Assembly (NCBI GenBank): GCA_038851755.1
Contig: JAWCKR010000004.1
Coordinates: 25,332-89,331 of the forward strand
DNA from: Candidatus Hadarchaeales archaeon
GTDB lineage: Archaea > Hadarchaeota > Hadarchaeia > Hadarchaeales > WYZ-LMO6
Length of the DNA: 64,000 nt
Direction: 5' to 3'
Shown here: in pieces, positions 27,268 through 34,710 of the stretch
Layout: each line of letters starts with the position of its first letter
Position numbering within the stretch: the stretch's first letter is position 1
Notes under the pieces: model-generated
Told to the model about the DNA's origin: nothing
The model's input: the letters and a program-made list of their open reading frames with translations, nothing else
Database searches by the model: none
Position numbers and translations under genes: made by a program

Positions 27268-27519
27268 ATGGAAGTGGTGGTGAGGTGCGGGATCTGTGGC
27301 GAGGTGCTGTTCAGGGGTTCCCAGCTCTCCTGGCTTCAGGAGCTGCCCGAGGAGGTAAGGAAGCAGCTCTCGGAGGCGCTGGGGCTCCTCAGGGAGGTCA
27401 GCTGGCAGGACCCCTCCTTCGCCAGGGAGGTGGTCCTCTTCTCCATCGCCCTCCACCACCTCAGCTCCGCCCACCCCGACAAGCTGAGGGAGCTGGTGAG
27501 GGTGGAGATGGAGCCGTAG
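27268..27519 (+). CDS. Hypothetical protein, possible Zn-binding (CxxC ... HxxxxH)
   Basis: RCGICGE near the N-terminus and HHLSSAH near the C-terminus; genome-typical codon usage. Confidence 0.55.
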   Translation: MEVVVRCGICGEVLFRGSQLSWLQELPEEVRKQLSEALGLLREVSWQDPSFAREVVLFSIALHHLSSAHPDKLRELVRVEMEP

Positions 27520-27531
27520 CCCCTCGTAAGG

Positions 27532-27538
27532 TTAAATA
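27532..27538 (+). promoter_or_regulatory. TATA box of the 5S rRNA gene
   Basis: AAGG-TTAAATA about 25 nt upstream of the 5S start. Confidence 0.6.
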
Positions 27539-27560
27539 ACTCTTTCTCCCCCTGTTTGCT

Positions 27561-27684
27561 TGGTTGGCGGCCATAGCGGCGGGGAAACACCCGGTCTCGT
27601 TCGATCCCGGAAGTTAAGCCCGCCAGCGATCTGGACTGTACTGTCCTGCGGAAGCGGACGGGAACTCCAGGACGCCGCCAACCA
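27561..27684 (+). rRNA. rrf: 5S rRNA (stand-alone, not in a 16S-23S operon)
   Basis: GGCGGCCATAGCGGCGGGGAAACACCCGGTCTCGTTCGATCCCGGAAGTTAAGCCCGCCAGCG core; terminal helix TGGTTGGCGG/CCGCCAACCA; pyrimidine tract downstream. Confidence 0.95.
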
Positions 27685-27721
27685 CTTCTGCTTTTTAAAG
27701 TCTCGGGGGGGAGGGGATGGT

Positions 27722-28444
27722 GTGAGGGAACCCATCGTGATGGAGGGGCTGACGAAGCGCTACGGTGGCTTCCTCGCCCTGGACGGTCTTTCCCTCAGGG
27801 TGGGAAGGAACGAGAAGGTGGCCCTGCTGGGACCCAACGGTGCCGGAAAGACCACCGCCCTGAAGCTCCTCTGCGGGCTCCTGCGGCCCTCGGGTGGGAG
27901 GGCCTGGCTGGCGGGCTTCGACGTGGTGGGGGAGAGGGAGGAGGCGGTTGCCAGGGCAGGGATCATGGTGGAGACCCCCGAGTTCTATCCTTTCCTCACC
28001 CCCGAGGAGACCCTCCGGTACCTGGGCCTCCTTCGAGGCATGGGGGGCAGCAGGCTGGAGGAGAGGATGGGGGAGGTGCTGGAGCTCGTGGGCCTGGGGG
28101 AGTGGAGGAGGACCAGGATAGGGAGCTTCTCCAGGGGGATGAAGCAGCGTCTGGCCCTGGCCCAGGCCCTCCTGCACGATCCTCCCATCCTCCTCCTGGA
28201 CGAGCCCTCCTCCGGGCTTGACCCCAGGGGCATGCTGGAGTTCAGGCGGATTCTGGAGAGGGTGGGAAGGAGGAAGACCGTGCTCCTGGCCTCTCACCTC
28301 CTCACCGAGGTCTCCCACCTCTGCCGCAGGGTAGCGGTCCTCAACCAGGGGAGGCTGGTGACCTACCAGCCCCTCTCTTCCCTGAAGAGGAAGTACGGGT
28401 CCCTGGAAAGGGCGTACCTCAGGCTCACGGGGGGAGCGGTGTGA
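27722..28444 (+). CDS. ABC-2 type exporter ATP-binding subunit
   Basis: GPNGAGKTT, FSRGMKQRL, LLLDEP, SHLL; start moved to GTG 27722 because the longer ORF overlaps the 5S rRNA. Confidence 0.9.
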   Translation: MREPIVMEGLTKRYGGFLALDGLSLRVGRNEKVALLGPNGAGKTTALKLLCGLLRPSGGRAWLAGFDVVGEREEAVARAGIMVETPEFYPFLTPEETLRYLGLLRGMGGSRLEERMGEVLELVGLGEWRRTRIGSFSRGMKQRLALAQALLHDPPILLLDEPSSGLDPRGMLEFRRILERVGRRKTVLLASHLLTEVSHLCRRVAVLNQGRLVTYQPLSSLKRKYGSLERAYLRLTGGAV

Positions 28445-29274
28445 GGGAGCTGGACAGGCTGTGGGTGGTGGTGAAGTACGAGTTCCTGAAGCAGTACCGC
28501 AGGAGGAGGTTCTACGGGGCGATGATCGTGGTGGTGCTGGCGGTGGTCCTCTCGGCCGCCATGTGCGAGGGCTGGAACCTCCTGGGAAGGATGGGGATTC
28601 CCTCCTGGTTGCTGGAGGAGAAGGGTGCCGAGCTCTTCGCGATATGGGTTTCCTCCATGAGCGCCTTCGCCCTCCTCGCCGCCGTCTTCTTCTCCGGCGA
28701 TGCCCTGGCCTCCGAGTTCGAGCGCGGGACGGGTTACCTCCTCTTCCCCAATCCCGTGGGGAGGGGCACGCTGGTGCTGGGGAAGTACCTTGCCTGCCTC
28801 CTCGCCACCGTCCTGGTCCTGGGGACGGGCTTTTTCCTCTCCGCTCTCCTCACGCTGGCGTTCTACGGGAGGGTGCCGCTGGGAATGGCGGGCTCCTTCG
28901 GCGTGACCCTGGCCATAGCGGTCTTCGTGAACGGCATGGCCTTCGCCTTCAGCTCTTCCCTGAAAGGGGGAACGGGCGCGACGGTGGCCACCCTCCTCAC
29001 CTACATGGTGCTCTTCTCCACCGTTTCGACCGGTCTGAGCTACGCGGGGCACGAGCCCTGGTTCATGCCGGACCGGGCGAGCGATGCCATGGCCTCCACC
29101 TACGGCGTCTCCTTCGAGGAGGCCTTCGGGGGGATGATGGGCGGGGGCCAGGCGATGGGCAGGATGGTGAGGGCGAGCGAGGATCCCGTGGTGGCCTCCC
29201 TCCTCCTCACGGGATACGGGCTGGGCCTCCTGGGCTTCAGCGTCTGGAGGTTCAGGAGGAGGGAGATGGCCTGA
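28441..29274 (+). CDS. ABC-2 type exporter permease
   Basis: About 6 TM helices, EFERGT...PVGR..LVLGKYL, FRRRE C-terminus; GTGA overlap with the ATPase gene. Confidence 0.85.
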   Translation: MRELDRLWVVVKYEFLKQYRRRRFYGAMIVVVLAVVLSAAMCEGWNLLGRMGIPSWLLEEKGAELFAIWVSSMSAFALLAAVFFSGDALASEFERGTGYLLFPNPVGRGTLVLGKYLACLLATVLVLGTGFFLSALLTLAFYGRVPLGMAGSFGVTLAIAVFVNGMAFAFSSSLKGGTGATVATLLTYMVLFSTVSTGLSYAGHEPWFMPDRASDAMASTYGVSFEEAFGGMMGGGQAMGRMVRASEDPVVASLLLTGYGLGLLGFSVWRFRRREMA

Positions 29275-29322
29275 CCCGGGCGGGAAAATTCCTTTAACTG
29301 CGTGGGGGGAAGGAAGTTTGGC

Positions 29323-29428
29323 GCCCTGGTGGTGTAGCCCGGTCTAATCGGGGGCGAGGAGTTCCCGAGACCAAACATACAGGCCTGTCGAGCCTGTGCC
29401 CCGGGTTCAAATCCCGGCCAGGGCGCCA
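29323..29428 (+). tRNA. tRNA-Asp(GTC) with 28-nt intron at non-canonical position 21/22 (29347-29374) and encoded CCA
   Basis: Acceptor GCCCTGG/CCAGGGC, G73; anticodon arm CAGGC-CTGTCGA-GCCTG; T arm CCGGG-TTCAAAT-CCCGG. Removing the intron restores the D arm GTGT-AGCCCGGTCTA-ACAT. Confidence 0.92.
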
Positions 29429-29459
29429 CCGCTTATACCCCTCCTTCCGAGTAGGGTGG

Positions 29460-30488
29460 ATGGAGCCCCTCCCCACCGTGAGAAGGGCCCTCCTCTGGGA
29501 AAAACTGGAAGGGGGCAGGGTGAGGTGCGGTCTGTGTGAGAGGAGGTGCGAGGTGGAGGAGGGGAAGGAGGGCTTCTGCGGGACCAGGAGGAATGTGGGG
29601 GGAGAGCTCAGGACCCTGGTGTACGGCGATGTTTCCTCCCTCTCCGCCAACCCCATAGAGAAGAAACCCTTCTACCACTTCTGGCCGGGATCCCTGGCCC
29701 TGACGGTGGGGACCTGGGGTTGCAACTTCACCTGCGGGTGGTGCCAGAACTGGACCCTCTCCAAGACCAGGCCCAGGCCGGAGAGGGCGAACTACCTGAG
29801 CCCCACCGAGTTCGTGAGGCTCACCCTCAGGGAGGGTTGCCATGGAACCTCCCTCTCCTTCAACGAGCCCACCCTCCTCTTCGAGTGGGCTCTCGAGGTC
29901 TTTCCCCTCGCCCGGAGGGAAAAGCTGTACAACACCTTCGTGAGCAACGGGTACATGACGGAGGAGGCCCTGAGGGCCCTCGCGGAGGCCGGTCTGGACG
30001 CCATCAACATAGACGTGAAGGGGGACGGGGAGGTCGTGAGGAGGTGCTGCGGGGCCGATGTGGAGAAGGTCTGGAGGAACGTGGCCCTGGCCAAGCGGCT
30101 GGGGCTGCATGTGGAGGTGGTGAATCTGGTCATCCCCGGGGTGAACGACCGGGAGGATCAGCTGCTCTCCCTGGTCCGCCGCCACCTCAGGGAGGCAGGA
30201 CCGGAGACCCCCTTGCACTTCACCGCCTACTATCCCTCCTTCAGGTTCACCGCCCCGCCCACTCCCCTCTCCACGTTGGAGAGGGCGCACGACCTGGCCG
30301 TGGGGGAGGGCGTGGAGTTCGTCTACCTGGGCAACGTTCCGGGGCACCGGTACGAGAACACCTACTGCCCCTCCTGCGGGGAGCTCCTGCTCAGGCGCTT
30401 CGGTCTTTCCCTGGAGGAGTGCAGGCTGGAGGGGAGAAGGTGTCCGAGGTGCGGGAGGGAGATACCACTGATCGGGGAGCTGCCCTGA
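29460..30488 (+). CDS. amrS: AmmeMemoRadiSam system radical SAM enzyme
   Basis: CGLCERRC, NPIEKKPFYHF, GCNFTCGWCQNW, FNEPT, YLGNVPG, TYCPSCG. Confidence 0.88.
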   Translation: MEPLPTVRRALLWEKLEGGRVRCGLCERRCEVEEGKEGFCGTRRNVGGELRTLVYGDVSSLSANPIEKKPFYHFWPGSLALTVGTWGCNFTCGWCQNWTLSKTRPRPERANYLSPTEFVRLTLREGCHGTSLSFNEPTLLFEWALEVFPLARREKLYNTFVSNGYMTEEALRALAEAGLDAINIDVKGDGEVVRRCCGADVEKVWRNVALAKRLGLHVEVVNLVIPGVNDREDQLLSLVRRHLREAGPETPLHFTAYYPSFRFTAPPTPLSTLERAHDLAVGEGVEFVYLGNVPGHRYENTYCPSCGELLLRRFGLSLEECRLEGRRCPRCGREIPLIGELP

Positions 30489-30537
30489 CCCCAACTTTTT
30501 TGGAGGAAGAGAGGGATAAAGAAGAAAGGGGAAGGGC

Positions 30538-31269
30538 TTGGCTAAGAGGATGGAGGTCCTGGTGACGGCCGAAACCCTCTCCTCGAAGGAGAGAGCGGGA
30601 GCCCTCCTCCGTCCTTCCTGCGAGTGTCTCTTCCTCGACCTCCCGATGGATCACACCGAGTACCTGGGGAGGATGGCGAGGGGGGAGAAGCCGGAGAGGG
30701 TGGTGGAGGAGATGGAGAGGAGGGGGAAGGTTTGGGTACCGGAGGACTTGCAGGAGTTCAGGGCGCTGGGCCCCCTTCTGACCACCGTCCGTGGGAGGGG
30801 GATCAGGCTCTTCGGGTACAGGGACCTCTCCTCCTACAGAATCTCCAGGGAAACGGCCGTGGCCCTGCTGCGTCTGACCATGAGGGCAAAGCTCGGGAGG
30901 GTGAAGGCGGAGGAGTGGAAGGGAGTGCTCAGGAGGGAAGTGCTCAACAGGTTCGAGGCCGCCGAGCTGGAGGCCGACTTCATAGCCTCCAGGGCCGGGG
31001 GGGAGAACGTTTGCCTGGATGCTCCCCCCGAGCTGGTCCGCCTCCTCTCCGAGCTGGGGTTCGAGACGGAGGTGAGAACGGTGGACCCGCCCTGCAGGCC
31101 GCTCGATCTCCTGCTGGGAAGGGTGAGGGAGGAGATGCTGGGAGGGAGGAAGCTGGGTGAGGAAGAGGTGAGGGAGCTGGTGAGCGAGCACCTCAGGTTC
31201 GTGGACCTGGTGGTGGAGAAGGGATACGAGAGGGCCTACGAGGCATGGAAGCGGGAGAGAGGGGGATAA
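30538..31269 (+). CDS. Hypothetical protein
   Basis: 243-aa ORF with genome-typical codon usage filling the gap between amrS and the HAD gene; no motif recognised. Confidence 0.7.
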   Translation: MAKRMEVLVTAETLSSKERAGALLRPSCECLFLDLPMDHTEYLGRMARGEKPERVVEEMERRGKVWVPEDLQEFRALGPLLTTVRGRGIRLFGYRDLSSYRISRETAVALLRLTMRAKLGRVKAEEWKGVLRREVLNRFEAAELEADFIASRAGGENVCLDAPPELVRLLSELGFETEVRTVDPPCRPLDLLLGRVREEMLGGRKLGEEEVRELVSEHLRFVDLVVEKGYERAYEAWKRERGG

Positions 31270-32150
31270 AGGCCATCACCTTCGACGTGGGAGGGGTGCT
31301 GGCGGAGGGAAAGCCGGACCACAGGCTTTATGCGGAGAGGGTCCTCTCGCACCTCGCCTCCCTCGGTTTCGGGGTGAGGGAGGAGGAATGGCTGGAGGCC
31401 ACCTCCGGCGCCCTTTCCGAGCTGGGACGGAAAAGAAGGGAGGGGAGGGAGATGTCCTTCGAAGAGTTCTCCTCCCTTCAGCTCTCAAGCGTGGGGGTGG
31501 AGCCGAACCAGGAGCTGCTGGAGAAGATGCTCTCCCTCTACCTCTCCTCCTTTCCCCGGAAACTGAAGAGGGGGGCGGGGAGGGTGGTGGAGGAGCTGGC
31601 GAGTTCTTACAAACTGGGGGCCGTTTCCAACTCCATGAGCCCCGCACCCAGGAGGTTCCTGGAGGAGAGGGGGCTGGACAGGTACTTCGGGGTCATCCTG
31701 GTGTCGGGCGAAGTGGGGTACCGCAAGCCCCATCCGGAGATCTTCTTGAGGGCCCTCAGGGAGCTGAGGGTCTCACCGGAGGAGGCCGTGCACGTGGGTG
31801 ACCGTGCCGATACGGATGGGGGAGCAAAGGGGGTGGGGATGCGCTTCGTTCTCCTGAGCCCGAGCACTCCGGAGGGGGTGGAAGCGGATGCCGTGGTTCC
31901 CTCCGTGCGGGAGGTGCCTGGAGCGGTGGAGATGCTTTCACGCGGGGAGGAGTTCGTCGAGTCCCTGGGGAAGGGATGCTTCGTTTGTTCCTCTCCTCAC
32001 TTCTCCCTCTACGAGCTGGAGGGGGAACCGCTCCTCCTCTGCCCGCGCTGCCGGAGGAGCTTCAGGCAGCGCGTTCCCAGGCCCAGGAAGCACGGGAAGT
32101 ACAGGGCGGTGTACCGGAGGGCCTGGAGGGATCAGGGGCCGTTGCGGTAG
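31245..32150 (+). CDS. HAD-superfamily hydrolase with C-terminal Zn-ribbon extension
   Basis: FDVGGVL (motif I), VSN, KPHPEIF, HVGD...D; tail CFVC...CPRC plus basic segment. Confidence 0.82.
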   Translation: MEAGERGIKAITFDVGGVLAEGKPDHRLYAERVLSHLASLGFGVREEEWLEATSGALSELGRKRREGREMSFEEFSSLQLSSVGVEPNQELLEKMLSLYLSSFPRKLKRGAGRVVEELASSYKLGAVSNSMSPAPRRFLEERGLDRYFGVILVSGEVGYRKPHPEIFLRALRELRVSPEEAVHVGDRADTDGGAKGVGMRFVLLSPSTPEGVEADAVVPSVREVPGAVEMLSRGEEFVESLGKGCFVCSSPHFSLYELEGEPLLLCPRCRRSFRQRVPRPRKHGKYRAVYRRAWRDQGPLR

Positions 32151-33094
32151 TGCTCGTACCCCCTGTCTGGAAGTTTTTTCTCCCCCAGAAGAACCCCCCT
32201 CCCCCTTTCCACCCTCCCTATGAGGTGGGCCCTGCACCCCACCCCCTCCAGGGCCTTCCTCACCCCCTGCCACCTTCTTGGGGGGAGGGTGAAGAGGAGT
32301 TCGAAGTCTTCTCCGCCGTAGAGGGCGAAGTCCAGAGGGGAGAGACCCTCCCGTTCGCAGAAGGAGGTGAGCTGGGGGGAGAGGGGAAGGGAGGAGGGGT
32401 TCACCCGGAGCTTCACCCCGCTCTCCTCCGCCAGCCTCCACAGCCCCTGGGCCAGCCCATCCGAGAGGTCGATGGCCGAGGTTACCCCCCTCTCCGCCAG
32501 CACCTCCCCTTCCCTCACCCTGGCTTTCGGCTGGAGGAAGCTCCTGACCAGCCTTTCGTACCCCTTCCTCTTTCTCTTGAGGACCTCCAGCCCGGCCCCC
32601 GCGGCCCCCACCTCCCCCGTGAGGGCCAGAAGCTCGCCTGGGGAGGCACCCTCCCTCAGCAGAACCCTCTTGGCCTTCCCTAGCCCGGTCCCGCTCACCA
32701 CCACTTCCTCGCAGCCACTGAAGTCCCCGCCCACCACCGGGACCTCGTGGAGGGAGGAGGCCTTCCTTATCCCGAGGAGAATCCTGTTCGCCTCCCTCTC
32801 TTCCAGGTCAGGAGGGAGACCGAGGGAGAAGAGGAGGGCGAGGGGTCTGGCCCCCATGGCGGCGAGGTCGCTGAGGTTGGAGACCACGGCTTTCCACCCC
32901 AGGTAGAAGAGGTCGCTACCCGGGGGAAGGTCCCTGCTGTAGGTGAGCATGTCGGAGCACACCACCAGTTTGTCTCCCCCTGACCTCAGGACCGCTCCGT
33001 CGTCTCCTATTCCCACCTCCACCCAAGGGGCGGAGGGAAAGAGCCTTCTCACCCTCTCCAGCAGTTTTCTCTCTCCCACCTCTCTGAGCCTCAT
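32132..33094 (-). CDS. thiL: Thiamine-monophosphate kinase
   Basis: GIGDDGAV, NLSDLAAMGARP, VVGGD, IDLSDGL, GGEDFELLFT. Confidence 0.93.
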   Translation of the reverse strand: MRLREVGERKLLERVRRLFPSAPWVEVGIGDDGAVLRSGGDKLVVCSDMLTYSRDLPPGSDLFYLGWKAVVSNLSDLAAMGARPLALLFSLGLPPDLEEREANRILLGIRKASSLHEVPVVGGDFSGCEEVVVSGTGLGKAKRVLLREGASPGELLALTGEVGAAGAGLEVLKRKRKGYERLVRSFLQPKARVREGEVLAERGVTSAIDLSDGLAQGLWRLAEESGVKLRVNPSSLPLSPQLTSFCEREGLSPLDFALYGGEDFELLFTLPPRRWQGVRKALEGVGCRAHLIGRVERGRGVLLGEKKLPDRGYEHYRNGP

Positions 33095-33097
33095 CCT

Positions 33098-33463
33098 TCA
33101 CCTCAGCAGGGGAAGCTTTCCCGTCACCCTGTCCACCAGCTCTGAGGGTGCTGGTCCCACGGCCAGCACCGTGACCGTCCCAGGAGGAAGCTCCGTGAGC
33201 CCCGCGTCCTCCACCAGCCCGGCAGGTAGCCCGAGCTCCCGGGCTTCCCTCAGGAGTTCCCTTAGTTCACCCTCTCCAGGGGCCGAAACCACCACCTTCT
33301 TCTGCCCTTCCCCCATCCACTCCCTGAACCACTCCTCCCTCTTCCTCCTGCACTCCTCCACACCCAGCACTGCACCGTGGGCCACCTGGGCTGCCAGCTT
33401 TCCTCGGCTCATGGGCAGGTCCTCCCTCACCACCATCACCTGCTTGTACCTGAAGGACCTCAT
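33098..33463 (-). CDS. pth2: Peptidyl-tRNA hydrolase Pth2
   Basis: KQVMVVREDLPMSRGKLAAQVAHG, GQKKVV, DAGLTELPPGTVT, VTGKLPLL. Confidence 0.95.
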   Translation of the reverse strand: MRSFRYKQVMVVREDLPMSRGKLAAQVAHGAVLGVEECRRKREEWFREWMGEGQKKVVVSAPGEGELRELLREARELGLPAGLVEDAGLTELPPGTVTVLAVGPAPSELVDRVTGKLPLLR

Positions 33464-33531
33464 CTCCTTCCTTCCTTCTCCCTAGGTTAAAGCTCGGGGG
33501 CATCGGATAAAAGGGAACAGACCCAAGGGTA

Positions 33532-34710
33532 ATGTTGAAAGCTTCACCTTACCGGTGGGTCATCCTGGCGCTGGCCTGGCTGTTGATTTTCTTCGTGAAC
33601 TACAGCTGGTACATTCTCCCTCCTCTGGAGGAGGAGCTTTCCTCCTCCCTGGGTCTCTCCACGGATCAGCTCTACCTCCTCCTCACCGCACCCACGCTGG
33701 CAGCCGCCCTGAGCAGCATACCCGGAGGGGCGGTGGGAGACAGGCTGGGGGTGAGGAGGACGGTCCTGGCGGGAATCCTGCTGGGCTCCACAGTGGGAAC
33801 GGCGAGGGCCCTTTCCACGGGCTTCCCCTTCCTCTGGTTCCTGACCTTCCTGGTGGGGGCTTCCATGGGTCTGGTGGTGCCCAACCTCCCCAAGATGGTG
33901 GGGGAGTGGTTCCCGGAGGGGGAGACGGGCGCGGCCTCCGGGATCTACGTCAGTTCGATGGGGCTGGGGATCTCGGCAGGCCTCTTCACGGGGGCCCTCT
34001 TTCCCTCCTGGAGGTGGGCCTTTCTCTGCACGGGGGCGGGCATGCTCCTCTCCTCCTTCTTCTGGCTCCTCTTCGCCAGGGAGCCTCCGGAGGGAAGACA
34101 CGAGGGAGTGCCTTTGAGGGAGAGCCTCTCCCACGCCATCAGGAGCCGCAACGTGTGGTCTCTGGCGGCCTCTCAGTTCCTCTTCATGGGGGCCTTCGTT
34201 TCCTACACGGGTGGTCTCACCCATGCCGTCCAGGATTTCTTCGGGGTGGGAGCGGGTGAGGCGGGAGCCCTTTCAGCCCTCGCCGTGGTGGGGATGGTGG
34301 TGGGGAACCTGGTTTGGCCTCCCCTCGCTGACCGGACGGGCAGGTTCAGGACCCTTCTCATCCTCTGCTCCCTCACCTCCGGTCCCCTCCTCTTCCTGGC
34401 CTGGTTCTTAGCCTACGGTCTCCCCACCTGGTTGCTGGTCTTCGCGGGAGGGGTGATGGCCGGGGGTATCCCTCCCCTCCTGCTGGCCTATCCCCCCCTC
34501 TTACCCGAGGTGGGACCCAGGTACAGCGGAGGGGCTTCCGGTGTGGTCCTCACCTCCGGCAACCTGGGAGGCCTCATAGTGACCGTGGCCCTCTTCAGCC
34601 CTCTCTCCAAGAGGGGATACGACCCGGCCTTCCTCTTCCTGGGAATCGTCTTCTGCCTGATCTCCCTCTTCACCGCCGTTCTTTCCAGGGTGGGGAAGGC
34701 TAGAGCCTGA
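33532..34710 (+). CDS. MFS transporter (CynX/NarK-like)
   Basis: About 12 TM helices, GAVGDRLGVRR motif A, WFPEGETG, LADRTGR. Confidence 0.88.
   Translation: MLKASPYRWVILALAWLLIFFVNYSWYILPPLEEELSSSLGLSTDQLYLLLTAPTLAAALSSIPGGAVGDRLGVRRTVLAGILLGSTVGTARALSTGFPFLWFLTFLVGASMGLVVPNLPKMVGEWFPEGETGAASGIYVSSMGLGISAGLFTGALFPSWRWAFLCTGAGMLLSSFFWLLFAREPPEGRHEGVPLRESLSHAIRSRNVWSLAASQFLFMGAFVSYTGGLTHAVQDFFGVGAGEAGALSALAVVGMVVGNLVWPPLADRTGRFRTLLILCSLTSGPLLFLAWFLAYGLPTWLLVFAGGVMAGGIPPLLLAYPPLLPEVGPRYSGGASGVVLTSGNLGGLIVTVALFSPLSKRGYDPAFLFLGIVFCLISLFTAVLSRVGKARA

Noticed and set aside
27560-27721. N-terminal extension of the ABC ATPase ORF in the track
   Set aside because: It overlaps the 5S rRNA gene; the real start is near 27722.
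26088-29322. Integrated element at tRNA-Tyr or tRNA-Asp
   Set aside because: No integrase, no duplicated tRNA 3' end seen and no obvious compositional shift.
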